This document shows, in pieces, positions 1-12,338 of a stretch of 64,000 nt of DNA. The stretch's first letter is position 1. Every line of letters starts with the position of its first letter. A program made the position numbers and the translations under genes. The stretch is from Leucoraja ocellata (lineage: Eukaryota), in NCBI GenBank assembly GCA_036785375.1, contig JAWMAR010000010.1, forward strand, positions 4,092,001 through 4,156,000, read 5' to 3'. The notes beneath the pieces were generated by a model. That model made no database searches and had not been told where the DNA came from. It saw only the letters and a program-made list of their open reading frames with translations.

Positions 1-199
1 TTTGTTCTTTGAAAGAGGAAATGGCTAAAGTGTATTATATACAATGGGTAACTCGCTTAAGGCCTGGAGGGATCAGAACAGTGCACATCCTAGTATCGTA
101 AAAAATGAGACAAAATGCGATGTATTCTAAATAGGCGCAGGTCAATTGCGGTTATAACATTGGCAACATTACTTTTTGTTAGATTAGTTCGGTTTAGTT

Positions 200-490
200 T
201 AGTTGAGTGATTAAAGCATGGAAATAGATCCGTCCACCGAATCCAGGCCGACCATCGAACACCGATTCACGCTAGATCTATGCCATCCTCCTTTCTTATC
301 TACTCATCATATATTTCGGCCACTTTATAGAGACCAATTAAGTGACAATCCTGCACGGCTTTGGGATGTGAGAGGAAACCGCAGCGGGCCGCTCGTTAAC
401 ATCGGGCCACTCGCTAACAGGGAGAACTTGCAAACTCCACGCAGACAGCACCCAAGGCCAGGATTGAACCAGGGACTCTACCGCTGAGTC
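200..490 (-). mobile_element. V-domain tRNA-derived SINE (HE1-like)
   Basis: The minus strand reads a B-box-like GGTTCAATCC followed by TGCGTGGAGTTTGCAAGTTCTCCC (V-SINE core). Confidence 0.65.
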
Positions 491-544
491 AGCGTCTGTA
501 AGTGAATTACCCCAGGTTTTGCGGCAGTGGTAATTTGGCGATAT

Positions 545-1165
545 AGACATAGAAACATAGAAAAAAGGTGCAAGAGTAGGCCATTCGGTCCTTCGAGCCT
601 GCACCGCAATTCAATATGATCATGGCTGATCATGCAACTCAGTATCCTGTACCTGCCTTCTCTCCATAACCCCTGATCCCTTTAGCCACAAGGGCTACAT
701 CTAACTTCCTCTTAAATATAGCTAATGAACTGGCCCCAACTATCTTCTGTGGCAGAGAATTCCACAGATTCACCACTCTCTGTGTAAAAAAATTATTTTC
801 TCATCTCAGTCCTAAAAGACTTCCCACATCCTTAAACTGTGACCCCTTGTTCTGGACTTCCCCAACATCAGGAATAATCTTCCTGTATCTAGCCTGTCCA
901 ACCCCTTAAGAATGTTGTAAGTTTCTATATGATCCCCCCTCAATCTTCTAAATTCTAGCGAGTACAAGCCGAGCCTATCCAATCTTTCTTCATATGAAAG
1001 TCCTGACATCCCAGGAATCAGTCTGGTGAACCTTCTCTGTACTCCCTCTATGGCAAGAATGTGTTTCCTCAGATTAGGAGACCAAAACTGTACACAATAA
1101 TCCAGGTGTGGTCTCACCAAGACCCTGTACAACTGCAGTAGAACCTCCCTGCTCTTATACTCAAT
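545..1165 (-). mobile_element. CR1-clade LINE 3' fragment
   Basis: ORF 812-1186 has LVRPHLDYCVQFWSP...LGLYSLEFRRLRGD, with a (TTCTATGT)n-type tail at about 545. Confidence 0.9.
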
Positions 1166-1227
1166 ATCACTGAAGAATATGAGCATGACGAGGATCAGGA
1201 GAAGAATCTGGCTACTGGCTCATTGAC

Positions 1228-1882
1228 CAAGGCTAATGCAATGTTGGCCTTCATAACAAGAGGGTTTCAGTATAGGAGTAAAGAGGTTCTTCTGAAGTTG
1301 TATAGGGCTCTGGTGAGACCACATCTGGAGTAGTGTGTACAGTTTTGGTCTCCTAATTTGAGGAAGGACATCCTTGTGATTGAGGCAGTGCAGCGTAGGT
1401 TCACGAGATTGATCCCTGGGATGGCGGGACTGTCATATGAGGAAAGATTGAAAAGGCTAGGCTTGTATTCACTGGAGTTTAGAAGGATGAGGGGGTACCT
1501 TGTAGAAACATATAAAATTATAAAAGGACTGGACAAGCTGGATGCAGGAAAAATGTTCCCAATGTTGGGCGACTCCAGAAGCAGGGGCCACACTTAGAAT
1601 AAAGGGGAGGTCATTTAAGACCGAGGTGAGAAAAAACGTTTCCACCCACAGAGTTATGAATTTGTGGAATTCCCTGCCACAGAGGGCAGTGGAGGCCAAG
1701 TCACTGGATGGATTTAAGAGAGAGTTAGATAGAGCTCTTGGGGATAGTGGAGTCAAGGTATATGGGGAGAAGGCAGGCACAGGTTATTGATTGGGAATGA
1801 TCAGCCATGATCACAATGAATGGCGGTATTGGCTCGAAGGGCCGAATGGCCTCCTGCTGCACCTATTTTCTATTTCTATGTC
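1228..1882 (+). mobile_element. CR1-clade LINE 3' fragment
   Basis: RT C-terminal residues ([21 protein letters not shown]) and the 3' tail. Same subfamily as 55310-55974. Confidence 0.9.
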
Positions 1883-1934
1883 TAATCACGTGAAACATTT
1901 CCGATTTTAACTTAACTGAGACATGGATTTATGA

Positions 1935-2500
1935 ATGAAGGAACTGCAGGTTCTGGTTTACATCGGCAATAAATCCTGGAGTAACGCAGTGGGACAGGCA
2001 GCATCTCCGGACAGAACAAATGGGAGACGTTTCGGGTCGAGACACTTCTTAGGTCTGGTAGTCAGGGGAAGAGACAGTTTAGAGGTATGGAAGGGCAAGG
2101 TGTGAAAACGGCATATTAAAGCAAACGATGCTGAGGGAATGTAGAATGATTAATTGTTGGCTGAGGGGAAGCTGACAAGAAAGCATACAATCAGTGAAAT
2201 TAATCAGGACAGTGAAACGTCGGAGAACTAGGATGGGGAGTGACAGAGAGAGAGGAAAAGCAAGGGTTAAATCAATATTTACAACCGCTGGGGTTGTAAG
2301 CTGCCCGAGCGAAATATGAGGTGCTGTTCCTCCAATATTCGGTGGGCCTCACTCTATCAGTAGAGGGGGCCAGGACAGAGCTCTGTGCGGGAATGGAGGG
2401 GGGGTGGGGGGGGGGGGGGGGAGTTAAAGTGTTTAGCAACTGGGAGATCAAGTAGGCCAAGGTGGATTGGTGTAGCTGTTGTGAAACACATTGCTTCGCT
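1935..2500 (-). mobile_element. Penelope-like element 3' fragment / derived repeat
   Basis: Similar to 18480-18950 and 43690-44420 (ttggaggaacagcacctcatattt motif on the minus strand). Confidence 0.55.
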
Positions 2501-3889
2501 GCTATCGACATTTTGACATGTTCACTTATGGCAACGTAGAACAGTACAACATAGGAACAAGTGCGTCGGCCCTTAATATCCTTGCCGAACATGGTGCCAC
2601 GTAAAGCTCATTGTTTCTGTTTGTACGTGTGCTATATTTCTCCATTCCTCACATATCTAGATGCTACTGTCATATCTGCCTCCACTAACACCCAAGGCAG
2701 CTACCAGTCTCAACTCTGTGCGCATATCTTCATGAAACATTGGCCCAGTGAACAGATAGTCATTTGTATCCTAGCTGTTGTTTATTCCACAATCATCTGC
2801 TAAAATCGCGAAGATGTTATCGGAATCTGGTGTGTTTATATTGCCTGATATTTCGCTAGATTCTGATCAGGGAAGCATTTTATAAGAGTGGCTGTGGGAA
2901 TATTTAGGACATTGAGACTCTCGAAAGTACATATAGTGACCCAATCTCAAATGTTTCAATTTTCAATCTTGAAATGTAAACGTTTTGCAGTTAAATCTAT
3001 GGACGTTAAATAATACGGCATGTTTGGTTCAGTCCGAGTATCCTTTGGTCAAGATGAAAGGTGCTGGGTTCGAATGGTTTCAATCATCCTGCAAATGGAC
3101 ATTGTGGAAGAGCAGCCTGCTCTCCAGAAGTGGTGTCGCATAGTTGCATTCCACTCACACAAACGCCGTGTTATTCTCTGCCATCGTATTGCAGGGAAGT
3201 CCCCTTTACACAAAATAATATCTGATAATCCTGTCCGGGAAATCTCAGGTCCCTTTACTATTGCTGCCAGTAGCCAGAAGAGAATCCCTCTGGTCAGTTG
3301 CGAAAAACACATTGAGGAACATTGTTTTTTTGTGTTTATTTTAGATGAGAGGGCAGCTGCACGCAACCGACACATTGATATAAATAATCTCAGAAATAGA
3401 AGTCCCAGATTAGAACACTGACAGACAGAAACAGCATCTAATTGTCCCTACCAATGCAGTACAGAATTAGGCCGTGTGTGATGCAAATCTTCAACCGATT
3501 CAAAAGCATGGTGAATGTTTCAGATGGTTTTCTGCTCGTCATTTGATAATATAATGGAGATTGTATCCACGTTCACTTGAGGTAAAGAGATCCAGAACTC
3601 GTAGTTTGTGCAAACATTCCAAAGGCTGGAATGGGGAGAAGGAAATTCCTTGGCCCAGTGCTCTCACCATACCAACTCACTCTTTTATTAAACCTCTCCC
3701 AGGACTGTCAATACTCGAATGTCAATGTGAAGGAAACCATGTTCTGCCTGAAAGGCTGAGGATAGTGTGAGGGGGAGACTTGTATCAACATGTAATACGT
3801 GTATTCAGTTATCGGATGGAAGTAAAGTACCCTGAAGCTGACACATGATGATACTGGCCTGGTTGTACGTGATGAGGCAGAGAAACATT

Positions 3890-6130
3890 GAAACAAAGAC
3901 AATAGGAGCAGGACTTGGGCATTTGGCCTTTCGAGTCAGCACCATTCAACATGATTGTGGCTGATCATCCACAATCAGTACCCCGTCTCTGCTTCTTCCC
4001 CATATCCCTTGATTCCGTTAGCCATTGGGGCTAAATATAACTCTCTCTTGAAAACATCCAATGAATTGGCCTCTACTGCCTTCTGTGGCAGAGAAGTCCA
4101 CAGATTCACAATTCTCTGGGTGAGAAAGGTTTTCCTCATCTCAGTAATAAATAGCCTACACCCTATTCATAAATTGTGACCCCCGATTCTGGACTCCCCA
4201 AACAAAGGGAACATTTTTTTCCTGCATCTAGCCTCTCCAATCCCTTAAGAATTGTATATGTTTCTGCAAGATCTCCTAGCATCATTCTAAATTCCAGTGA
4301 ATACAAGCCCAGTCGACCCATTCTTTCATCCTTTGTCAGTCACGCCACCCTGGGAATTAACCTTGTAAACCTACCTGCAACCCCTCAATAACAAGAATGT
4401 CCTTCCTCAAATTCGGAGACCAAAACTGCACACAATACACCAGGTGTGGTCTCACCACAGCCCTGTACAACTGCAGTAGGACCTCCTTGCTCCTAATCTC
4501 AAATCCTCTCGCAATGAAGGCCAACATGCCATTCGCTTTCTTCACTGCCTGCTGTATCTGCATGCTTACTTTCAGTGACTGATGTACAATACAATACAAT
4601 TTATTTGTTGTCATTTGAACCTCATTGAGCCTCATTGAGGTTCAAACAAAATTTGGTTCCTGCAATCATACCCACAAGGAAAAGAACCAAGACACAACAC
4701 AATTTACACAAACATCCATCACAGCGCATCTCCTCCTTGCTGTGATGGAAGGCAAAGACTTATAAAGCACACCCAGGTATCGTTGCACCTCCCCTTTTCC
4801 TAATCTGACACCATTCAGATAATAATCTGCCTTCGTGATCTTTCCACCAAAGTGGATACCCTCACAATTATCCACATTATACTGCCTGCCATGCAGCTGC
4901 CAAAACAACCAACCCATCAGGCTCATAGCATCCTCCTCTCAGTTCACTCGGCCATCTGTCTTTGTCAATAGACAATAGACAATAGGTATAGGAGTAGGCC
5001 ATTCGGCCCTTTGAGCCAGCACCGCCATTCAATATGACCATGGCTGATCATCCCCAATCAGTACCCCGTTCCTGCCTTCTCCCCATATCCCCCGACTCCG
5101 CTATTTTTAAGAGCCCTGTCTCGTTCTCTTTTGAAAGCATCCAGAGAACCTGCCTCCACCGCCCTCTGAGGCAGAGAATTCCGCAGACTCACAACTCTCT
5201 GTGAGAAAAAGTGTTTCCTCGTCTCCGTCATAAATGGCTTACTCTAAATTCTTAAACTGTGGCCCATCGTTCTGGTCTCCCCCAACATCGGGAACATGTT
5301 TCCTGCCTCTAGCATGTCCAAGCCCAGCATATGACAGTACCGCCATCCCATAAATTAACCCTGTAAACCTACGTTGTACTCCCTCAATAGCAAGAATGTC
5401 CTTCCTCAAATTAGGGGACCAAAACTGCACACAATACTCCAGGTGTGGTCTTACTAGGGCTCTGTACAACTGCAGAAGGACCTGTTTGCTCCTATATTCG
5501 ATTCCCCTTGTTATAAAGGCCAACATGGCATTCGCTTTCTTAACAGCATGCTATACCTGCATGCTTACTTTCATAGACTGATGTACAAGGACCCCAAGAT
5601 CCCCTTGTACTTCCCCTATTCCCAACTTGATGCCATTTAGATAGTAATCTACCTTCCTGTTTTTGCTACCAAAGTGGATAACCTCACATTTATCCGCATT
5701 AAACGTCACCTGCCATGCATCTGCCCACTCCCCCAACCTGCCCAAGTCACCCTGCATTCTCATAGCATCCTCCTCACAGTTCACACTGCCACCCAGATTT
5801 GTGTCATCTGCAAATTTGCTAATGTCACATTTAATTCCCATCATCTAATTTGTTAATGTATATTATAAGTAACTGGGGCCCCAGCACTGTGCCTTGCGGC
5901 AACCCACAACTCCTTCCCTGCCATTCCGAAAAGGACCCGTCAATTTCTACTCTTTGCTTTCTGTCAGTTCTCTATCCGTGTCAATACCCTACCACCAATA
6001 CCATGTGCTCTAATTCTGCACACTGATCTCTTGCGTGGGGCCTTTTTGAAAGTCCAGATACACTACATCCACTGGCTCTCCCTTATTGATTCTACTTGTT
6101 CCATCCTCAAAAGATTCCAGAAGATTAGTC
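3890..6130 (-). mobile_element. Two tandem CR1-clade LINE fragments (about 3890-4930 and 4965-6130); a short repeat with a (TACAA)n end is inserted at about 4590-4766
   Basis: ORFs 4357-4635, 5239-5526 and 5551-5844 ([25 protein letters not shown]). Confidence 0.88.
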
Positions 6131-6131
6131 T

Positions 6132-8722
6132 GTCCCAGTGTATTTCATGCGAAAGAGCCAAAGGAACTTTGTCATTGGGTCTCGTCAAGGATTACCCTCC
6201 CCTATAATATTTGTTGAAAAAATAGTTGTGAGGGCTTTGCTCAGTATATTAGCAGTACATCCCTCTGCCCTTGTAGAATTGGAACGAACAATGTTTATGA
6301 AGATAACCATGTATTTACCAGTGGTGTCATTGCCCGTGGACTGACTCCAGCAGATATACCGATAATGCTTAGCTGTGATTAAATGGTTCCATTCTATAGG
6401 TGCAAGGAAATGGACATTTGACTGAACTGTCATCGATGTTTGTTCGATAGACATTTTGTAACATTCATGGTGCCAGAAACATGGCGACTCTTTGTGCATT
6501 ATCTAGGTGAGGTCTGCTGTGCGATTTTACTAGATTGTATGTAGGTATGTTACAAAACCTACCTGAATTGTCGATGAGAATCTGCCCCCAGGCCGTGTGT
6601 GTGATTTTGGCGCTGTTTAGAGGGGGCGGGTTTAAAACGCGATTTTTACTAGGCTGTTGCAATCGAAAATGTTCAGCCTAGTAAATCATTAACGGAAAAT
6701 CGCTGAAAGACCCCGTCGCAAAAGGTATTATTAATTTTTATGGCCTTGTATAATAGTTATAGTAGTTTAAAAACCATCTCTCAACCCGCGACCTCTCGCA
6801 GCCCCAGGGTTTTATAAAGCAAACAATTAAAGGTATGTACCTTATTTTTACATTAAAAGGGGCTTCTTAAGAACCCTGTATATAAAGTTTTCTATAGCGA
6901 ATAGTTCATTTTGGGCTCTTTATATCCCGCAGTGTTTTTGAGGGCACAAATCCACTGCAATGTGAACGTTCTAAACCAGCGCGTTCACAGGAACCCACTA
7001 GAAAGCCGATTTAAATTGACTTTAATTTACAGCAATTGAACATTAAATTCCTTCCATTTGGCCTATAAATTGATGTAAATGAGATTTAAAAATCATGTTT
7101 TATTGTGAATTATTTGTGAATATTATTTGGACACAGGCTATTTAAAAATGTTAATCATTTATTAAGAAATGGATAGATGTTTAGATCTAGTAATTGAAGT
7201 TTGAAATTAGCTACAATTGGGTAACTAACTAATTATATGCTTTAATTTCAGGTCCTCCAAGTAAGATTATTTTATATTTGTTTCAGAATGGTTCAATCTA
7301 TGATAACTGAAAATTTCATTCAGTTCTCTTAATTTTTAATAAGGTTATGGGCTTTTGACTGTCCTCGATCACAGCATTTTTGTTATGTCAATGGAAAATC
7401 AATAGGGAACAAGATGCTAATTTCCGGGTATGAATATGGCCATAACTTTTTTATTACTTGAGATATGAAAGTGAATAAGGTGTCAAATTAAACTTATTGT
7501 TATGCTTTATCTGATGGGATAAATTGCAGACTTGATTTTTTAAATCTCAAAATTTTGTAACATTGCTATTGTATGCAGACATAAAGAATTTCACTGTACC
7601 TAGGTGCATATGGCAATAAAGTATCATTGAATCGTTGATTTTGTTGTATTCCGGTGCATTCATTTGCTAAAACAAAGTGAAATATACAATACGCGAGGGA
7701 CACATGGATCGCAGCATTTGTCGATTTGTAAAACGTCTGTGTGCTCTGGCTAAAGTACATGGAATCCAGACCACCCCAGATATGTTTTACATTTTCATAC
7801 ACGCCTACATTATATCACCCAGTGACCTTCACGCAGAAGCGTTCACTTCATGTACTCGGCTTCAGTGTGCAAAGGGAAACATTGTGGACACCTCTGGCCT
7901 TCGCTAAACTGGAATATAATGAACATCCATTCAGTATTTTACTCTGGTCACTATCTGTGTGGTGTGTGACTAGCAATCATACCCACTATATAAACTACCT
8001 TGTATCTCTGTGTCAGATAATCTCTAACAGATTCCATACAGAATCTAAGAGACATCGATGCCCACTGTACACGTGAAAGCTAATCCCAATCAAACACATT
8101 AGCCGGGATTTACATGATCAGAATGGATACTCCTGACAGTTTAACCAAAATGATGCAACATGTAACCAATGAGATTGGTAGCTGGAATTTGCGAGATCTG
8201 TTGCTAGGTAGATTTTTATTTTGTTAGTTGTTATTCACCATCAGAGTTTTCAGTGTTTGAGCAGCAGACTGCAAGCGCCTGATTAATTTAGCAGCACGGT
8301 CGACACAGGTGTTTCCTGTCAGTTACATGGTGAGCTCTTGCCCATCATTCATAATGAAATGTTTTGCCTTCGGCCACAGAAAATGTAGAAGAGGGGGGGA
8401 TATTCTGATTCAGCAGAATCAAAAATGCATTAATTCCTTTTCCTATTAGTAATTTTATCATTTATTCAACGCATATTCTTAGGATAATAAGGACTATCTC
8501 TGCAGAGCCACATTAACACAAACAATTAGAGGGAATTGTGATGCGTTAATAAAGTTAATTTAGTTTTCCCCACTTTGATGTAATGGACATGTAGTCTTGT
8601 AGAAGAAATGGGGAAGATGATCGCTATGTTACCAAATTTAAATTAATTTAATATTATATAGGCAGACAAAAGGTTACAGATGGATCGCTTGAGTGGGCCG
8701 TTCGATCTCAGATTATAGGTTT
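6132..8722 (+). repeat. Segmental duplicate, copy A (paralog of 12339-14905)
   Basis: Colinear, roughly 85-90% identical non-TE sequence. Each copy carries its own transposon insertion. Confidence 0.92.
6542..7568. mobile_element. Non-autonomous TIR DNA transposon, 1027 bp
   Basis: TIRs TAGGTATGTTACAAAA / TTTTGTAACATTGCTA, flanking duplication TTGTATG at 6535-6541 and 7569-7575. Absent from copy B. Confidence 0.88.
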
Positions 8723-8724
8723 GA

Positions 8725-11700
8725 AACAGAAACTTAGAAATTAGGTGCAGGAGTAGGCCATTCAGCCCTTCGAGCCAGTACCACCATGCAATATGATCAT
8801 TGTAGATCATACAAAATCAGTACCAGCATTCTCTCCATATCCCTAGGATTCGTTAGCGCTAAGAGCTAAATATAACTTTCTCTTGAAAACATCCAGTGAC
8901 TTGACCTCCACTGCCTCATCTGGCAGAGAATCCCACAGATTCACGCTTCTCATGAACAAAAAAATGGCAGATGAGTTGAACAGGTACTTTAGATCTGACT
9001 TCGCTAGGGAGGACACAAACAATCTTCCAGATATAGTAGTGGATCTGGGGTGAAGGAGGAACTGAAGGAAATCCACATTAGGCAAGAAATGGTGTTGGAT
9101 AGACTGATGGGACTGAAGGCTGATAAATCCACAGGGCCTGATGGTCTGCATCCCAGGGTACTTAAGGAAGTGGCTCTAGAAATTGTGGATACATTGGTGA
9201 TAATTTTCCAATGTTCTATGGGCACTGGAGCAGTACCTGTGGATTGGAGGGTAGCTAATGTTATCGCACATTTTAAGAAAGGCGGGAGAGAGAAAACAGG
9301 GAATTATAGACTCGTTAGCCTGAAATCGGTGGTGGGAAAGATGCTGGAGTAATTTATAAAAGATGAGATAGCTGAACATTTGGATAGCAGTAACAGGATC
9401 GGTCCGAGTCAGAATGGATTTACGAAGGGGAAATCATGCTTGACTAATCTTCTGGAATTATTTGAAGATATAACTAGGAAAATGGACAAGGGAGAGCCAG
9501 TGGATGTAGTGTACCTGGACTTTCAGAAAACATTTGATAAGGTCCCACATAGGAGACTAGTGGGCAAAATTAGGGCACATGGTATTGGGGGTAGAGTGCT
9601 GACATGGATAGAAAATTAGTTAGCAGACAGGAAACAAAGAGTAGGGATTAACAGTTCCCTTTAAGAATGGCAGGCAGTGACTAAAGGGGTACCGCAAGGC
9701 TCAGTGCTGGGACCGCAGCTATTTACAATATACATCAATGATTTGGATGAAGGGATTGAAAGTAACATTAGCAAATTTGCAGATGACACAAAGATGGGTG
9801 GCAGTGTGAACTGTGAGGAGGATGCTATGAGAATGCAGGGTGACTTGGACAGGTTGGAGGAGTGGGCAGATGCATGGCAGATGAAGTTTAATGCAGATAA
9901 ATGTGAGGTTATCCACTTTGGTAGCAAAAACAGGAAGGCAGATTACTATCTAAATGGCATCAAGTTGGGAAAAGGAGAAGTACAATGGGATCTGGGGGGC
10001 TTTGCACATCAGTCTATGAAAGTAAACATGCAGGTACAGCAGGCAGTGAAGAAAGTGAATGGCATGTTAGCCTTTATAACAAGAGGAATCGAATATATGA
10101 GCAAAGAGGTCTTTCTGCAGTTCTACAGAGCCCTAGTAAGACCACACCTGGAATATTGTGTGCAGTTTTGGTCCCCTAATTTGAGGAAGGACATTCTTGC
10201 TATTGAGGGAGTGCAGCGTAGGTTTACAAGGTTAAATCCCGGGATGGCGGGACTGTCAAATGCTGAGAGAATGGAGCAGCTGGGTTTGTACACTGGAGTT
10301 TAGAAGGATGAGAGGGTATCTCATTGAAACATATAAGATTGTTAAGGATTTGGACACGCTAGAGGCAGGAAACATGTTCCCGATGTTGGGGGAGTCCAGA
10401 ACCAGGGGCCACAGTTGAAGAATAAGGAGTAAGCTATTTAGAACGGAGACGAGGAAACACTTTTTCGCACAGAGAGTTGTGAGTGTGGAATTATCTGCCC
10501 CAGAGGGTGGTGGGGGCGGGTTCTCTGGATGCTTTCAAGAGAGAGCTAGATACGGCTCTTAAAAATAGCGGTCAGGGGATATGGGGAGAAGGCAGGAACG
10601 GGGTACTGATTGTGGATGATCAGCCATGATCACATTGAATGGCGGTGCTGGCTCGAAGGGCTGAATGGCCTACTCCTGCACCTATTGTCTATTGTCTCTC
10701 TAGATGAAAACGTTTTTCTTCATCTCTGTCCTAAATGGCCTATTCCTTAATCTTAAGCTGTGTCCCTGGTTTTGGACTCCCCCAACATCGGGACCATCAT
10801 GCTTGCATCTACCCTGTCCAGTGCTCTAATAATTTTATATGTTTCTATAAGATCCCCTCTCATCCTACTAAATTCCAGCGAATACAAATCCAGTCGACGC
10901 ATTCTTTCATCATACGTCAGTCCCGTCATCCCGGGAATTAACCCGGCGAACCTACGCTGCACTCACTCAATAGCAAGAATGTCCTTTCTCAAATTCGGGG
11001 ATCAAAACTGCACAATATACTCCAGGTGCGGTCTCACCAGGGCTCTGTACAACTGCAGTAGAACCTCTAAACTCAAATCCTCTCGCTATGAAGGCCAACA
11101 TGCCATTAGCTTTCTTCACTGTTCACTGTACCTGCATGCTCACTTTCAGTGACTGAACAAGCACAGCCAGGTCTCATTGCACCCCTCCTTCTCATAATCT
11201 GACGCCATACAGGTAACAATCTGCCTTCTTGTTTTTGCCACCAAAGTGTATAACCTCACATTAATCCACATCATACAGCACTGCCCTGCTTCTTCGCACT
11301 CAACCAACCTATACAAGTCACCCCTCAGCCTCGTAGAATCTTCCTCGCAGCCCACACTGCCCAAGTCACCACATTGTGTCACCCACAAACTTATTGTTTC
11401 ATTTAATTCCATTGTCTAAATCATTAATATATATTGTAAACAACGGGGGTCCCAGCAGCGAGCCTTGCGGCACCCCACTAGTCACAGCCTGCCAGTAGAT
11501 CCTCGTTCCCCTGTTTTTCCCGGGAGATTGTTTGTGTCGTCCTTAGTGAAGACAAAACTAAAGTACCCGTTTAACTGGTCTGCTTTTTCACATTTCCCAT
11601 TATAAATTCACCTGTTTCTGACTAGCGGATCTATATTTGCCTTCACTAATCTCTTCTTCTTCTTCATATATCTTTACAAATTTTTACAGTCAGTTGTTAA

Positions 11701-11830
11701 ATTCTCCGCAAGCTTTCTTTCATGCTCTATTTCCTCCCTCCTCTGTTGAATGTCTCCCAGTCCTCCGGTTTGATGCTTCCTCTGGCCAATGCTTATGGCT
11801 CTTTATTGGATTTAACACGATCTTCATGAT
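8725..11830. mobile_element. CR1-clade LINE cluster: minus 3' tail 8725-8948, plus RT copy 8950-10697, minus copy 10700-11830
   Basis: ORFs 9050-9352, 9380-9619 and 9677-10303 (PGPDG-type, YLDFQK.FDKVPH, GVPQGSVLGP, KFADDTK), interrupted by stops. Confidence 0.92.
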
Positions 11831-11969
11831 CTACATTTTCAATGACATGAGAATATTTTCGGGCGTAGAAGAGTGAGCAGTGCAAGAGAAGCATTCATGA
11901 GAAATAATGGAAATAGCTCCTTTAGGTATCTACCCTTGTGAATATATTTAATTGTAATTTTTGAGATGC

Positions 11970-12240
11970 CGCATGGATACAGGCCCTTGTGCCTAACGAG
12001 TCCATGGTGAACATCGACCCGCAGTTCACACTAGTGTATTGTTATCCCACTTTCTCATCCACATTGAACATATAAAAGGCAATAATATACAGCCCATTGC
12101 ACCTACAGATCCGTATATCTTTGGAATGTGGTAGGAAACCGGAGCCCCTGGAGTAAATCTATGCGGTCATAACCTCCACACAGACAGCTCCCGAGGTAAG
12201 GATCGAACCAGGATCTGTGCAACTGTGTGGCAGTGTGCAG
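11970..12240 (-). mobile_element. V-domain SINE (HE1-like)
   Basis: Homologous to 200-490. Confidence 0.6.
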
Positions 12241-12338
12241 ATTAGGACATGAGCAGGAGCATCACACTAAGTACACGCTACGTGCATTTTATAGTGTATT
12301 GAGGGATCTCGTCTCCGCATCCAACCAAATCTGCATTT

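Noticed and set aside
3020-3421. 133-aa ORF and nearby ORFs as a second V or Ig exon
   Set aside because: No Ig-domain Cys/Trp pattern, RSS or convincing splice structure was found on either strand.
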